A stretch of 63,068 bases of DNA, counting the filler, from Coriobacteriales bacterium (GTDB lineage Bacteria; Actinomycetota; Coriobacteriia; Coriobacteriales; UBA8131): NCBI GenBank assembly GCA_031263105.1. It is 7 parts of 7 records of this genome, joined end to end, with 100 filler letters (N's around TTAATTAATTAA, not from the genome) between each part and the next. Parts side by side here need not be neighbours in the genome. Positions count along the whole stretch, not along the records: positions 1 to 20,866 come from JAISGJ010000054.1; 6 more parts are not named here. The stretch is one strand, 5' to 3'. Positions within the stretch are counted from its first letter, which is position 1; each line of letters begins with the position of its first letter. The translations under genes were made by a program, and so were the position numbers. The notes below the pieces were generated by a model. It ran no database searches. It was not told the origin of the DNA and saw only the letters and a list, made by a program, of their open reading frames with translations. This document shows positions 1 through 9,464 of this stretch, piece by piece.

Positions 1-62
1 CCCCCCCCCCCCCCCCCCCCGGGGGGGGGGGGGGGGGTGTGGACAGCAACCCTGCCGGACGT

Positions 63-1709
63 CTACCGGACGACGCTCAGCACGGAACCGGGGGCGTTGG
101 CGGCAGGCCCTATCTGCCAGTGGATGGAGGTGGTGGCAGCGAGGAAGCGGGCGTCGTGGGAGACGAGCACGAGGGCGCAGGGGCAGGAGGCGAGCATCGC
201 CTCCAAAGCCTCGGTCGTGACAAGGTCGAGGTGGTTGGTCGGCTCGTCCATGACGATGACCTGCGGACGGTCGAGGATGCCGAGCGCCAACATCAGCTTG
301 CGCGTCTCGCCGGGGCTTGCCTGGGTGCCGGAGAGGACGCGCTCGGGGTCGGAGTTGAGCTGCGCGACGATGGAGAGCGCCCTGCCGCGCTGGGCGGCGG
401 AGATGCCCTTGAGCGCCGCCAGCTGCCTGCGGCGCTCGTCGGCGCCCAGCTCCTGCGGCACGTACAGCAGGCGCAGGCCCTCCGGCAGCGCCCGCAGCAG
501 GGCGGCGACGAGCGTGGACTTGCCCGCACCGTTCGGCCCCGCCAAGGCGACGTGGTCCGTGGGCCCGACGCTCAGGTGGGGGATGTGCAGGCAGGGCGGC
601 GGGGGCGACATCGGGGGCGGTGCGGGCGGCGGGGGCGGCAGCGGGGGCGGTGCGGACGGCGGGGGCGGCGGCGGGGGCGTCCCGGGCGGCGGGGGCACCA
701 GCGACGCCCAGGGCGGCGGCGAGGCCGGAAGCGGCAGCCGCTCGCCCGTCCCGAACGCCAGGCGGCCCTCCTCCATATCGACGAGCAGGCGGCGGTGCGA
801 CGGCTCGGCATCGAGCCAGACGTCGGCGGCATAGACCTTCTCCACCTGTGCCTGCTCCAAGCGCTGCTGCGTTGCGGCAAGGCGGGCGTCCATCTGCACC
901 GAGCGGCGCCCTGCCTTGCCGTCCTGCCCCGTGTAGATGGCGAGGTCGATGCGCGCCTTTGCATCGTGGTCGCCCTTGGGGATGGTGCGCTTGGAGCGGC
1001 GGGCGTCGGCGCGGGCGGCCTCGTGGTCGCGCTCCGTCTTGACCTGCCGCAGCCGCGCCAGATCGGCCTTCGCCTCGCTCCGCTCGCGCTGCCGTGTGCG
1101 TCGCGCGAGGTCCTCCTGCCCACGGCCCTGCGAGTAGTTCCCGGGACGCATGGTCGAGCGCCCCTTGCCAAGGAACAGGCACTGGCCCGCGAGCGCGTCG
1201 AGCAGCTCGCGGTCGTGCGACACGAGCAGGCCGACGCCACGGTACGCGGCGAGCGCAGCCAGAAGGCGCTCACGGCAGGCGGCGTCCACATGGTTCGTGG
1301 GCTCGTCGAGGGCGAGCACGGGCGGCTCCCGCCAGAGCACCACCGCCACCTGCAGGCGCTTGCGCTCCCCTTCCGAGAGCTGCCCGTAACGCCAGGGCCA
1401 GTCGTCCTCGACGCCGAGCACGCGACGGACGTGCAGGGCCTCGCCGCCGAAGTCGAGGGCGAAGTCCTCCAGGCCTGCCGGATGCCGCTCGGTCTCCTGG
1501 GCGCAGTAGGCGCCTGCGAGGCGCGGCGCCATCTGCCCGCCGGTCGGCCGCAGCTCTCCGCACACGAGCCTCAGCAGCGTGCTCTTGCCGCTGCCGTTGC
1601 TGCCGACGATGCCCGTCCATCCCTCCGGAAAGGTGGCCGTGACCGGTGCCAGCGCCTGATCCGGCGCGTCGTCATAGCTGTAGGTGATGTCGGTGAGGGC
1701 TATCTGCAT
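63..1709 (-). CDS. ABC-F family ATPase (two ABC domains, no TM segments; possible ribosome-protection type)
   Basis: Walker A GSNGSGKS and GPNGAGKS, LSEGE/ASPGE signatures, LDEPTNH/MDEPTNH, two VSHD motifs, long helical interdomain linker. Start placed at ATG 1709 behind a GGAGA SD; ATG 1721 is an alternative. Confidence 0.88.
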   Translation of the reverse strand: MQIALTDITYSYDDAPDQALAPVTATFPEGWTGIVGSNGSGKSTLLRLVCGELRPTGGQMAPRLAGAYCAQETERHPAGLEDFALDFGGEALHVRRVLGVEDDWPWRYGQLSEGERKRLQVAVVLWREPPVLALDEPTNHVDAACRERLLAALAAYRGVGLLVSHDRELLDALAGQCLFLGKGRSTMRPGNYSQGRGQEDLARRTRQRERSEAKADLARLRQVKTERDHEAARADARRSKRTIPKGDHDAKARIDLAIYTGQDGKAGRRSVQMDARLAATQQRLEQAQVEKVYAADVWLDAEPSHRRLLVDMEEGRLAFGTGERLPLPASPPPWASLVPPPPGTPPPPPPPSAPPPLPPPPPAPPPMSPPPPCLHIPHLSVGPTDHVALAGPNGAGKSTLVAALLRALPEGLRLLYVPQELGADERRRQLAALKGISAAQRGRALSIVAQLNSDPERVLSGTQASPGETRKLMLALGILDRPQVIVMDEPTNHLDLVTTEALEAMLASCPCALVLVSHDARFLAATTSIHWQIGPAANAPGSVLSVVR

Positions 1710-1865
1710 AGTGTTCTCCATGGTTCGCCGCCCACGCACAGGCGCAGGGCGGGACTCTTCGACCGAGCCAAGGCGGTGCCGAGGCAAAAGCGGGCGTCGT
1801 CAGGCCAGGCCCGTCGGCGTCCTGTCATGTACATGGAGAGATGTCACATCGTGTATGCGCTCCTT
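1710..1865 (-). promoter_or_regulatory. Putative translational attenuator leader of the ABC-F gene
   Basis: SD AAGGAG (1865-1860), ATG-TGA minimal ORF (1849-1844), anti-SD TCTCCATG (1839-1832) exactly complementary to CATGGAGA (1722-1715) over the ABC-F SD. Confidence 0.5.
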
Positions 1866-1943
1866 CGACTGCTGGGATGCCACCAGCTTAACACATCGCA
1901 GTGACGAGCGGCGGCGCGTAGACCCCACTCTTATTCGGTATCT

Positions 1944-3548
1944 TCAGACAAATTTCTCAAGTAGCGCGATTAAGTCCTGTCGTTTGTGAATGCTGAGCTT
2001 CATGTAAATGTTCTTGCTATGAAAGCGTACCGTGTTTTCGCTGATAATCAGCGTTTTTGCTATGTGTGCGACGCTGTTGCCTCGCGCGATGAACTCTGTT
2101 ATCTCGGCCTCCCGGGTGGAGAGTCGAAAGTGGTGCGCAAGCGCGACGCACTGTTTTGCCAAGCGATCGCGATAATGCTCATCGGACGCCGCTGTTGGCT
2201 CAGACGGTTTCTCGCGCGGTTTTCGCAGCCGTATCAACTGTGCCCAGGAAGGCTCGGCATGGCCGTTTCGCATGACATCGTCTGTGTCGGGTTCAAATGC
2301 GATGAACTCAATGCTGCTTACGCGCGCCCGCTCTCGCAGTTCAGAAGGATTGTCTTGAATGTGTCCCCGCACAGAATAGAGCACAACTGCGAGAAGCCAA
2401 GTCGAGAACAGGGCGATGATGGCAAGTTGCGAGAACCCGGGGGCCACGACGAGCGCACTGACGTATCCCGACAAAAAGCCACCACTTTGCATGAAGCCCA
2501 CAATCAGCCCAAAGAAGCCGTAGATGAAAACCGGGTCGATTCCGTTGTCGCGTGAGGCCTGTGCGCACTGAATCACCATTATCATCACGGCAAAGGTCGA
2601 AAACATATGGATGACGCCGGAGAACACCTGAAGATACGGCGTACCCAAAAACGGCAAGGCAAGGAGACTCGTCGCGACAAGGGGGAAGATGGTGCGAAAC
2701 GAGAGTATGGTGTCGAAGCGAAAGGTCGAGCGCCTCCACAGGAAAATAAGGGTAAGCGAGGCGACCAGCGCTCCGCCCATCGACAACAGATTGACGATAC
2801 CACCCTGTGCGGGGTCATCGAGCGCGAGGGCCCGTGTCATCCCATCCAAAAAGGTAAGTCCGCCTACGCACAGCGCGCTACGCCAGAGATTTTTGAGCAC
2901 CAACTGGTAAACCTGCCTGTTGCTGTGCGGCTCGTCTTTGAACATCGGCTGTTGGAAGTCAACCGCTCTCGTAGCCAAAATGAGACACAAGGCGCTGAGC
3001 GGCACGAAGACAAACGCAATCATGAATGCTGCAACGGCGAGGGGGATGACGTGAAGCACCACGTAGACAAAGGCTGAGACTCCTGTTCCCAAGATGACGT
3101 CGAGGCCGCCCTGCTCGGCTTTCTGGGACGCGAAGACCCGCTGCCACAGCGCAAGAAAGCCTGCGCTTCCCACGCCGAGAAACACCCCGCCCGCAATCAT
3201 GAGCGGCAACATCAACAGAGGGATGTATAAGGGGGCGATAAGCGATACGGAACCCAAAAAGAGCAGTAGGGTGCAACCGATTACCGATATATGTTTGGTG
3301 AATTGTGGTATCCAATACACGCCTATGACACACAGGAGAAACGAACAACAAAACGCGGCGCTTTGAGCAAGCGAGAAGGTCGCCAGCAGTCCGAAGCCCT
3401 GAATGTCCATGGGCAACAGGGGAAAGGAACCGCCCCAAATAGACGTCGCATTGATGGCGAGAAACAGGCCATAACCAAACGACGCGACATTGGGAGTGAC
3501 GAATCGGGGAAAGCGCTGATTGAACTCAAACCCGCCGATACCCTCCAC
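1944..3548 (-). CDS. Multi-pass membrane sensor fused to a C-terminal LuxR HTH regulator
   Basis: About 12 hydrophobic segments, then LSTREAEITEFIARGNSVAHIAKTLIISENTVRFHSKNIYMKL; divergent from a Mo-enzyme operon; start uncertain. Confidence 0.88.
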   Translation of the reverse strand: MEGIGGFEFNQRFPRFVTPNVASFGYGLFLAINATSIWGGSFPLLPMDIQGFGLLATFSLAQSAAFCCSFLLCVIGVYWIPQFTKHISVIGCTLLLFLGSVSLIAPLYIPLLMLPLMIAGGVFLGVGSAGFLALWQRVFASQKAEQGGLDVILGTGVSAFVYVVLHVIPLAVAAFMIAFVFVPLSALCLILATRAVDFQQPMFKDEPHSNRQVYQLVLKNLWRSALCVGGLTFLDGMTRALALDDPAQGGIVNLLSMGGALVASLTLIFLWRRSTFRFDTILSFRTIFPLVATSLLALPFLGTPYLQVFSGVIHMFSTFAVMIMVIQCAQASRDNGIDPVFIYGFFGLIVGFMQSGGFLSGYVSALVVAPGFSQLAIIALFSTWLLAVVLYSVRGHIQDNPSELRERARVSSIEFIAFEPDTDDVMRNGHAEPSWAQLIRLRKPREKPSEPTAASDEHYRDRLAKQCVALAHHFRLSTREAEITEFIARGNSVAHIAKTLIISENTVRFHSKNIYMKLSIHKRQDLIALLEKFV

Positions 3549-3861
3549 CTCCTACAAGCGGTTTTTAGAAGTGCCCTAAAGAAAGTGTAACAGCGGAGGG
3601 GACACACAGCCCACATGATTCATGTGGCATTCAAAACTCAAGCATTCCAGTCAGCGCCTAAAGCATCTTCAGTATTCATCGAAAAAGACAGGAGGCGCAT
3701 TGAGCAAAACACGGTTCGCACGTACCACTATGGAGTGAAGGCACAGGGCGTTTGGCAGCTAATGCGCAAAACCTACACGAATCATGTGGCGTCTGTTGGG
3801 GGCAGGATGGCACTCTAAGAGACGCTCACTATACGGTAAAGTGGAGTTGAGAGGAGAGAAG

Positions 3862-6252
3862 ATGAATGGAGAGAGGGAAACGGCGCGGCTTTCGCGGCGC
3901 GGCTTTGTGAAAGGAACGGCACTGGCCGCCCTTGCAACCGCCGCCAGCACCAGCGCCCTAGGGTCACTGTATGGGTGCGACGACAGCACCCGCGACGAAA
4001 CCACAGTGCCGACGGAAAAGGTGGTGTGGAGTTTCTGCGATGATTGCGGGTCAACCTGCGCTCTACAGTTCCATACACTCGATGGGGAGATAACCTACGC
4101 CGAAAGCGACAACACAGGCAGTTCTGCTTTTGGCGAATTGCAGTTGAGGGCTTGCCCGCGTGGACGCTCAAGGCGCCGACTGATCAATAGCCCAGACCGG
4201 CTGCAGTATCCTATGAAACGGACGGGGAAACGCGGAGAAGGTGAATTTGAACGCATTTCTTGGGAAGAAGCTATAGATACTGTTGTTGAGAAGCTCAGAT
4301 ATACCATCGATACCTATGGGAACGAGGCAATTTACGGATATGAGTTTCAATGGGGCTTTGTCCCCCGACTACTGAATTTGATCGGCGGTTATTTGAGTTC
4401 ATATGGCAACTACTCACTTGGGCAGATAATGTATGCGTCACCCTATACTTTTGGCGGAATGCCGGCATCTCCACTCATTGAAGCACTTGACGCCGATTTA
4501 TTGGTGCTTTTTGGCAACAGCCCTTCGGATACCGCCATGAGCGGAAGCAGCTCTACGCACGACTTGGCCAGATTGCGTGCTGCCGGAGTCAAGGTCATCA
4601 ACATCGACTATAGGCTCAATGAATCCTCGGCAGGATATCTTGAGGAATGGATACCGATACGACCGGGAACTGATGCTGCGTTGGCTTCGGCGCTCTGCTA
4701 CGTATTCATTACAGAGGGCTTCTCGGATGAGGAATTTCTGCATTCTCATTGCGTAGGTTATGACCAGGAAACCATGCCCGAAGGAACTCCGGCAAACGCT
4801 TCTTATAAGGACTACCTATTGGGAACTGGCTATGATATGGTGCCGAAGAGTCCGGAGTGGGCGGCCCCGATAACCCAAATCCCTGTGGATAGAATTTATG
4901 AACTGGCTCGCGAGATAGGTAACGCGAAGGCGGCCTACATTTGTCAGGGCTGGGGCCCTCAACGCCGCTCAAATGGAGAGAACACGTGCCGGGCCATTAC
5001 CATGGTGCCCATTGTCTCTGGGCATATCGGTAAGCCGGGAACGAATACCGGCAACCGCGAAGCCTCTGCCAACCCACTGACGCCCGGAATCATGTATGGA
5101 CTTCCTGTTGGCGACAATCCGGTCAAGGCACGCATTCCTTCCTATCTTTGGGTTGATGCAGTGGATGACATAACTAAGCTCACCATGCAACATGATGGGA
5201 TTCAAGGCACAGAAAAACTGACCACGCCGATTAAATTTATCTGGACCTATAGATCGGGTTGGCTGTTGAATTGCCATGGCGACATAAACCGTACTCATTC
5301 TATAGTGCAAGATGAATCAAAATGTGAATTCATATTGGCCATCGACACAGTTATGAATGCTTGTACGAACTATGCGGATCTGATTCTTCCTGATATATAT
5401 ATGAACGAATATGAGGCAATGGCAAGCGTGAATTCATTTGCCTATTATGGCGGAATGGTCTTCGGACAAGCAGTATCGCAACCAAAGTTTGAAAATCGTG
5501 CCATTTATGACGTAGTAACGGAGATAGCTGATAGATTCGGCGTAAAGGAACAATACACAGAAGGGCGCACACTGGAAGAATGGACGAGATTCATTTATGA
5601 GCAATCATATGAATCGAACCCAGATCTACCTTTGTATGATGAAGGGCTGGCCATGGGAGTATTCAAACAAACCCTCCCGTCATTTTCAGCTCTAGCTGAT
5701 TTTAGGAACAGCCCCGAGGAAGCACCCTTGGAGACGCCTTCGGGAAAGATAGAGATTTACTCATCTGCGCTTGCTGACACTGCTGCAACATGGGAGTTTG
5801 ACAATCCCGTTGACGTTATTACCCCCATTCCTATCTATGCGCCTGGGTTTGAAAGCTATGAGGAGACCAGCGAGAAATTCCCCCTCCAACTCTCCGGATT
5901 TCACTACAAGGGACGCTCGAATTCCAGTTACGCAAATATCGATGTCCTGAAACAAGCATTTCGGCAACAGGTTTGGATTAACCCCGTTGATGCTGATCCT
6001 CTGAACATAAAAACAGGAGACCTGACCCATGTAACATCCAAAAGAGGAATAGTAGAGATTGAGGCAAAAGTCACGTCGAGAATTATTCCTGGGACTATCG
6101 CAATACCCCAAGGAGCTTGGCACAATGCAGATATGGCGGGAGACAAAGTCGACAAGGGGGGCAATATCAACACTCTTACGCATCAGCATCCTACGCCACT
6201 GACCAAAGGTAATGGCCAAGGTTCAAACATAGCTCGTATCGAGAAGTTGTAG
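3862..6252 (+). CDS. DmsA-like Mo-bisPGD oxidoreductase catalytic subunit, Tat-exported
   Basis: SRRGFVK twin-Arg signal, CDDCGSTC...C Fe-S motif, GGYLSSYGNYSLGQI resembling the DmsA Ser-ligand segment, TPSGKIEIYS; SD GAGGAG before ATG 3862. Confidence 0.92.
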   Translation: MNGERETARLSRRGFVKGTALAALATAASTSALGSLYGCDDSTRDETTVPTEKVVWSFCDDCGSTCALQFHTLDGEITYAESDNTGSSAFGELQLRACPRGRSRRRLINSPDRLQYPMKRTGKRGEGEFERISWEEAIDTVVEKLRYTIDTYGNEAIYGYEFQWGFVPRLLNLIGGYLSSYGNYSLGQIMYASPYTFGGMPASPLIEALDADLLVLFGNSPSDTAMSGSSSTHDLARLRAAGVKVINIDYRLNESSAGYLEEWIPIRPGTDAALASALCYVFITEGFSDEEFLHSHCVGYDQETMPEGTPANASYKDYLLGTGYDMVPKSPEWAAPITQIPVDRIYELAREIGNAKAAYICQGWGPQRRSNGENTCRAITMVPIVSGHIGKPGTNTGNREASANPLTPGIMYGLPVGDNPVKARIPSYLWVDAVDDITKLTMQHDGIQGTEKLTTPIKFIWTYRSGWLLNCHGDINRTHSIVQDESKCEFILAIDTVMNACTNYADLILPDIYMNEYEAMASVNSFAYYGGMVFGQAVSQPKFENRAIYDVVTEIADRFGVKEQYTEGRTLEEWTRFIYEQSYESNPDLPLYDEGLAMGVFKQTLPSFSALADFRNSPEEAPLETPSGKIEIYSSALADTAATWEFDNPVDVITPIPIYAPGFESYEETSEKFPLQLSGFHYKGRSNSSYANIDVLKQAFRQQVWINPVDADPLNIKTGDLTHVTSKRGIVEIEAKVTSRIIPGTIAIPQGAWHNADMAGDKVDKGGNINTLTHQHPTPLTKGNGQGSNIARIEKL

Positions 6253-6264
6253 GGAGGGATACTC

Positions 6265-6888
6265 ATGGCTCAATATGGATTTTATTTTGACTGTACTCGT
6301 TGCACGGGGTGCAAGACCTGTGAATTGGCTTGCAAGGATTATAAAGACCTCGGTACCGAGATACTCTTTCGCAAGATATATGACTATGAGGGCGGAGAGT
6401 GGGCGCAGGGCGACAACGACACTTGGACGACCAGCGCATTTGTTTACCATGTTTCGGAAGCCTGCAATCACTGTGTGATGCCCGCCTGCCTTGCTGTGTG
6501 CCCGGTTGATGCGATTGTAAAGGATGGGGACAACGGGCTTGTTGCCATCGACGCGGAGCTTTGTATCGGCTGTGGTTCCTGTGTGACGGCTTGCCCATAT
6601 GCCGTGCCGAAAATGGATGCCGAGGCGCAGCAAGCGCGGAAGTGCGACGGTTGCTTTGACCGTCTCGCCGAAGACAGGCAGCCCATCTGCGTGGAGGCAT
6701 GTCCGCTCAGAGCGCTGGAATTTGGCGACATTGAAGCCTTGCGTTCAAAATACGGCGACCTGGCACAGGTGCCGCCCCTAGCCGACCCCGACCAGACAGC
6801 ACCAAGCCTGGTGATAAAATCTTGCCCAGCGGTTGAAGGCCCCGCCCTGTCAACCGGCTTTGTCGCCAACGAGTTGGAAGTAGCGTAA
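6265..6888 (+). CDS. dmsB: DmsB-like 4x[4Fe-4S] electron-transfer subunit (copy 1)
   Basis: QYGFYFDCTRCTGCKTCELACKD, CNHC, CIGCGSC, KCDGC, CVEACPLRAL. Confidence 0.92.
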   Translation: MAQYGFYFDCTRCTGCKTCELACKDYKDLGTEILFRKIYDYEGGEWAQGDNDTWTTSAFVYHVSEACNHCVMPACLAVCPVDAIVKDGDNGLVAIDAELCIGCGSCVTACPYAVPKMDAEAQQARKCDGCFDRLAEDRQPICVEACPLRALEFGDIEALRSKYGDLAQVPPLADPDQTAPSLVIKSCPAVEGPALSTGFVANELEVA

Positions 6889-6988
6889 GAGGGGGCCACC
6901 TGGACACTATGTAGAGGAGGCCTCAGTTCCTTTACATAGTGTCCAGGACAGGTTGTGGGACAAAGGGACAAGGGGACGGGATAGAGTG

Positions 6989-7609
6989 ATGATGCAGTAC
7001 GGGTTTTACTTCGATAGTACGCGTTGCACAGGGTGCAAAACCTGCGAACTGGCCTGCAAGGATTACAAGGACCTCGGGCCGGAGCATACGTTTCGACGTG
7101 TGTACGACTATGAAGGAGGCTCCTGGTGGCAACACACAGAGGGAATTTGGGAACAGGATGTTTCTGTCTATTACGTCTCGGTTTCCTGCAATCACTGCAA
7201 CGCGCCCGTCTGCGTGCACGTTTGCCCCACGGGCGCAATGCACAAAGAGGAAAACGGGCTGGTACGGGTGAACGCCCATGTCTGTATTGGCTGCGGCTAT
7301 TGCACGATGGCCTGTCCGTATCACGCGCCGCATATCAGCGAGACTGCGCATACGAGCACCAAATGCGATGGTTGCTACGACCGGACGGCTGAAGGCAAAA
7401 GGCCCATCTGCGTGGAAGCCTGCCCTTTGCGCGCACTCGACTTTGACGACATGACAGAGTTGCGCGCACGGTATACGGGCGTCAGTTCTATCGCGCCGCT
7501 GTGCGACCCCTCGGCCACGCTGCCGAATCTCATCATCAGACCATCTCCCGCCGCGCACGACCATGACGACTACACAGGGTTTGTCGCAAATCCGAAAGAA
7601 GTGATATGA
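6989..7609 (+). CDS. dmsB: DmsB-like 4x[4Fe-4S] subunit (copy 2)
   Basis: Same cysteine pattern; QYGFYFDSTRCTGCKTCELACKDYKDLG is nearly identical to copy 1. Confidence 0.92.
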   Translation: MMQYGFYFDSTRCTGCKTCELACKDYKDLGPEHTFRRVYDYEGGSWWQHTEGIWEQDVSVYYVSVSCNHCNAPVCVHVCPTGAMHKEENGLVRVNAHVCIGCGYCTMACPYHAPHISETAHTSTKCDGCYDRTAEGKRPICVEACPLRALDFDDMTELRARYTGVSSIAPLCDPSATLPNLIIRPSPAAHDHDDYTGFVANPKEVI

Positions 7610-8292
7610 CCAAGACTGCTGCTGCCAAAATGACGAACCGACCCATACCGACCGAAGCGCGTGAGGCCATCGGATCCTGTGGGCGAATTCTGGGAGCGCT
7701 GTTTTTGACGTACCCCAGAGAACCCGCGTTTCAACTTCTTCGCGAACAGTTGGAGCAACTTCCTTCGCTTGCGGACTGGCCTTTTGGCACCGAAGACGAA
7801 CTCAGAGTCGCACACGCTCTCATGCAGGAGGGCCTCACCGAGACGGATGCCGCGAATGCTGCGAATGCCACAGACACCGGGCTTGCCCGAGAATACCAAC
7901 GGCTGTTCATCGGCCCACACCACTTTAAGGCTCCAGCTTGGGGCTCGGTATATCTGGACAAGGACCAGGTGCTCTTTGGCACCTCGCTTTTGGAACTCCG
8001 CCAATGGATGCGCGAAAATGACATCGTAGTCAACCAAGAAAAACGCGAGCCCGAAGACCACATCGGCAGAATGCTTGTTTTAATGGGATGGCTGGCCACA
8101 GAAAAGCCCGAAGGTCTCCACACGTATCTGGCCGAGCACCTCATGCCCTGGGTGCCCCGCTATCTACAAGTGCTCCGCGCAGACGCGCGGCAACCGTTTT
8201 ACGAGGGGCTTGCCGTGCTCACGCAGAGCACGCTTGAGGGAATTGTTGAGAACCTGGGGGTCAGAGTGAGCAAAAAGAAGTTGTACGTTTAG
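7606..8292 (+). CDS. dmsD: DmsD/TorD family Tat-proofreading chaperone
   Basis: EYQRLFIGP...PAWGSVYLD, EPEDHIG, HLMPW motifs. Confidence 0.9.
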   Translation: MTKTAAAKMTNRPIPTEAREAIGSCGRILGALFLTYPREPAFQLLREQLEQLPSLADWPFGTEDELRVAHALMQEGLTETDAANAANATDTGLAREYQRLFIGPHHFKAPAWGSVYLDKDQVLFGTSLLELRQWMRENDIVVNQEKREPEDHIGRMLVLMGWLATEKPEGLHTYLAEHLMPWVPRYLQVLRADARQPFYEGLAVLTQSTLEGIVENLGVRVSKKKLYV

Positions 8293-8302
8293 GGGCGACG
8301 CA

Positions 8303-9163
8303 ATGGGAGCGGACATCCGCATAACGCTTAGTGCCTTTACTGTGCTTGCCCCGGCCGGCGCTCTTGCTTTTCTGCTCATGGCTGTGCTGGTCATTCGGCA
8401 GCCGCGGCATGAGGAGTGGGTCGAGCGTCTGACGCATTGGCTGGTGGTGCCGCTGACGGTTTGCATGGTGGGGCTTGTTGCCTCGGCCACTCACTTAGGC
8501 ACACCGGGTAACGCCCTGTATGTGCTTAACGGCTGGGGACGCTCGCCGCTCTCAAACGAGGTTATAAGTGCTCTTGGCTTTCTGGTCGTCGCCGGCGCGT
8601 ACTGGCTTGCGTCGTTTAGTGGAAAAGTCCCGTTCACCTTAAACCGCATATGGCTTTGCGTCTCTTGCGTGATGGCCTTATGGCTTGTGGAAAAAATCAG
8701 TGTGGTGTATGCGATCGCCACCATACCCACCTGGAACAGCGAGCTGGTTCCGCCCGGCCTCTGGGTGATGGCAGGCGTGACCGGTCCGCCCGTGACGCTT
8801 GCGACACTGGTGCTTGCGCAAAGGATGGGAGTTGAGCTTCCTCCGCAGCCTTGGTATACCCGCACCCTGCTCTGCTGCTGCGCCCTCTCCTTGATTGCCG
8901 CCCTCGCAGTCTATGGCATACAGGACATGGAACTGGGGCAGCTGCGAAACGCCTTGGGCACTGCGGCGGAGTTGGTGCCCTGGAACAGGTGGGCCATTGC
9001 GGCCTTTGGCGCACTCGGAGCATCCGGCCTCACCGTGCTCGCCATTCCCGTCCTGCGTGAAAGAGCCCTCTCTCTGCCAGCGGCGCTCGGCGCTGTCACC
9101 TTAACGCTCACAGGCGCCGTCTTCATCCGCGTAGCCTTCTACTCCTTCCACATGACTTTGTGA
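8303..9163 (+). CDS. dmsC: DmsC-like membrane anchor
   Basis: ASATHLGTP, SPLSNEV, TIPTWN, multi-pass; last gene of the operon. Confidence 0.85.
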   Translation: MGADIRITLSAFTVLAPAGALAFLLMAVLVIRQPRHEEWVERLTHWLVVPLTVCMVGLVASATHLGTPGNALYVLNGWGRSPLSNEVISALGFLVVAGAYWLASFSGKVPFTLNRIWLCVSCVMALWLVEKISVVYAIATIPTWNSELVPPGLWVMAGVTGPPVTLATLVLAQRMGVELPPQPWYTRTLLCCCALSLIAALAVYGIQDMELGQLRNALGTAAELVPWNRWAIAAFGALGASGLTVLAIPVLRERALSLPAALGAVTLTLTGAVFIRVAFYSFHMTL

Positions 9164-9464
9164 CACTCTTGAATCGCTTCGTTTTCTCAGAAGCAGTTGC
9201 TGCTAAAGGAGATCAGAAAAAGGTGCCACTCGAGATGACTATTCTATAGTGCAAGACAGAATTGAGGATTGGCAGGTCAGGGCAGGGGGACGGGGCTGCT
9301 GTACCAGTTATCGGTCGCCTCGTCGCGGGCGTAGGAGCCGAAGAGGTAGACTGCGGGGATGCCGTACTTCTCCTGCGCTCTCCTCCGTCGTCACGAGATC
9401 TCTTTTGGTGACTAAAGGAATTTGCGCTCATTGGATAGTAGCACAGACGTGGCTCACGTGGGGT

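Noticed and set aside
1..38. Poly-C/poly-G runs here and at 20634-20660, 20967-21040, 35694-35750 and 63010-63068 as G-quadruplex or phase-variation tracts
   Set aside because: They cluster at or near contig ends, and the last is a G-degraded version of the neighbouring repeat, typical of sequencing error
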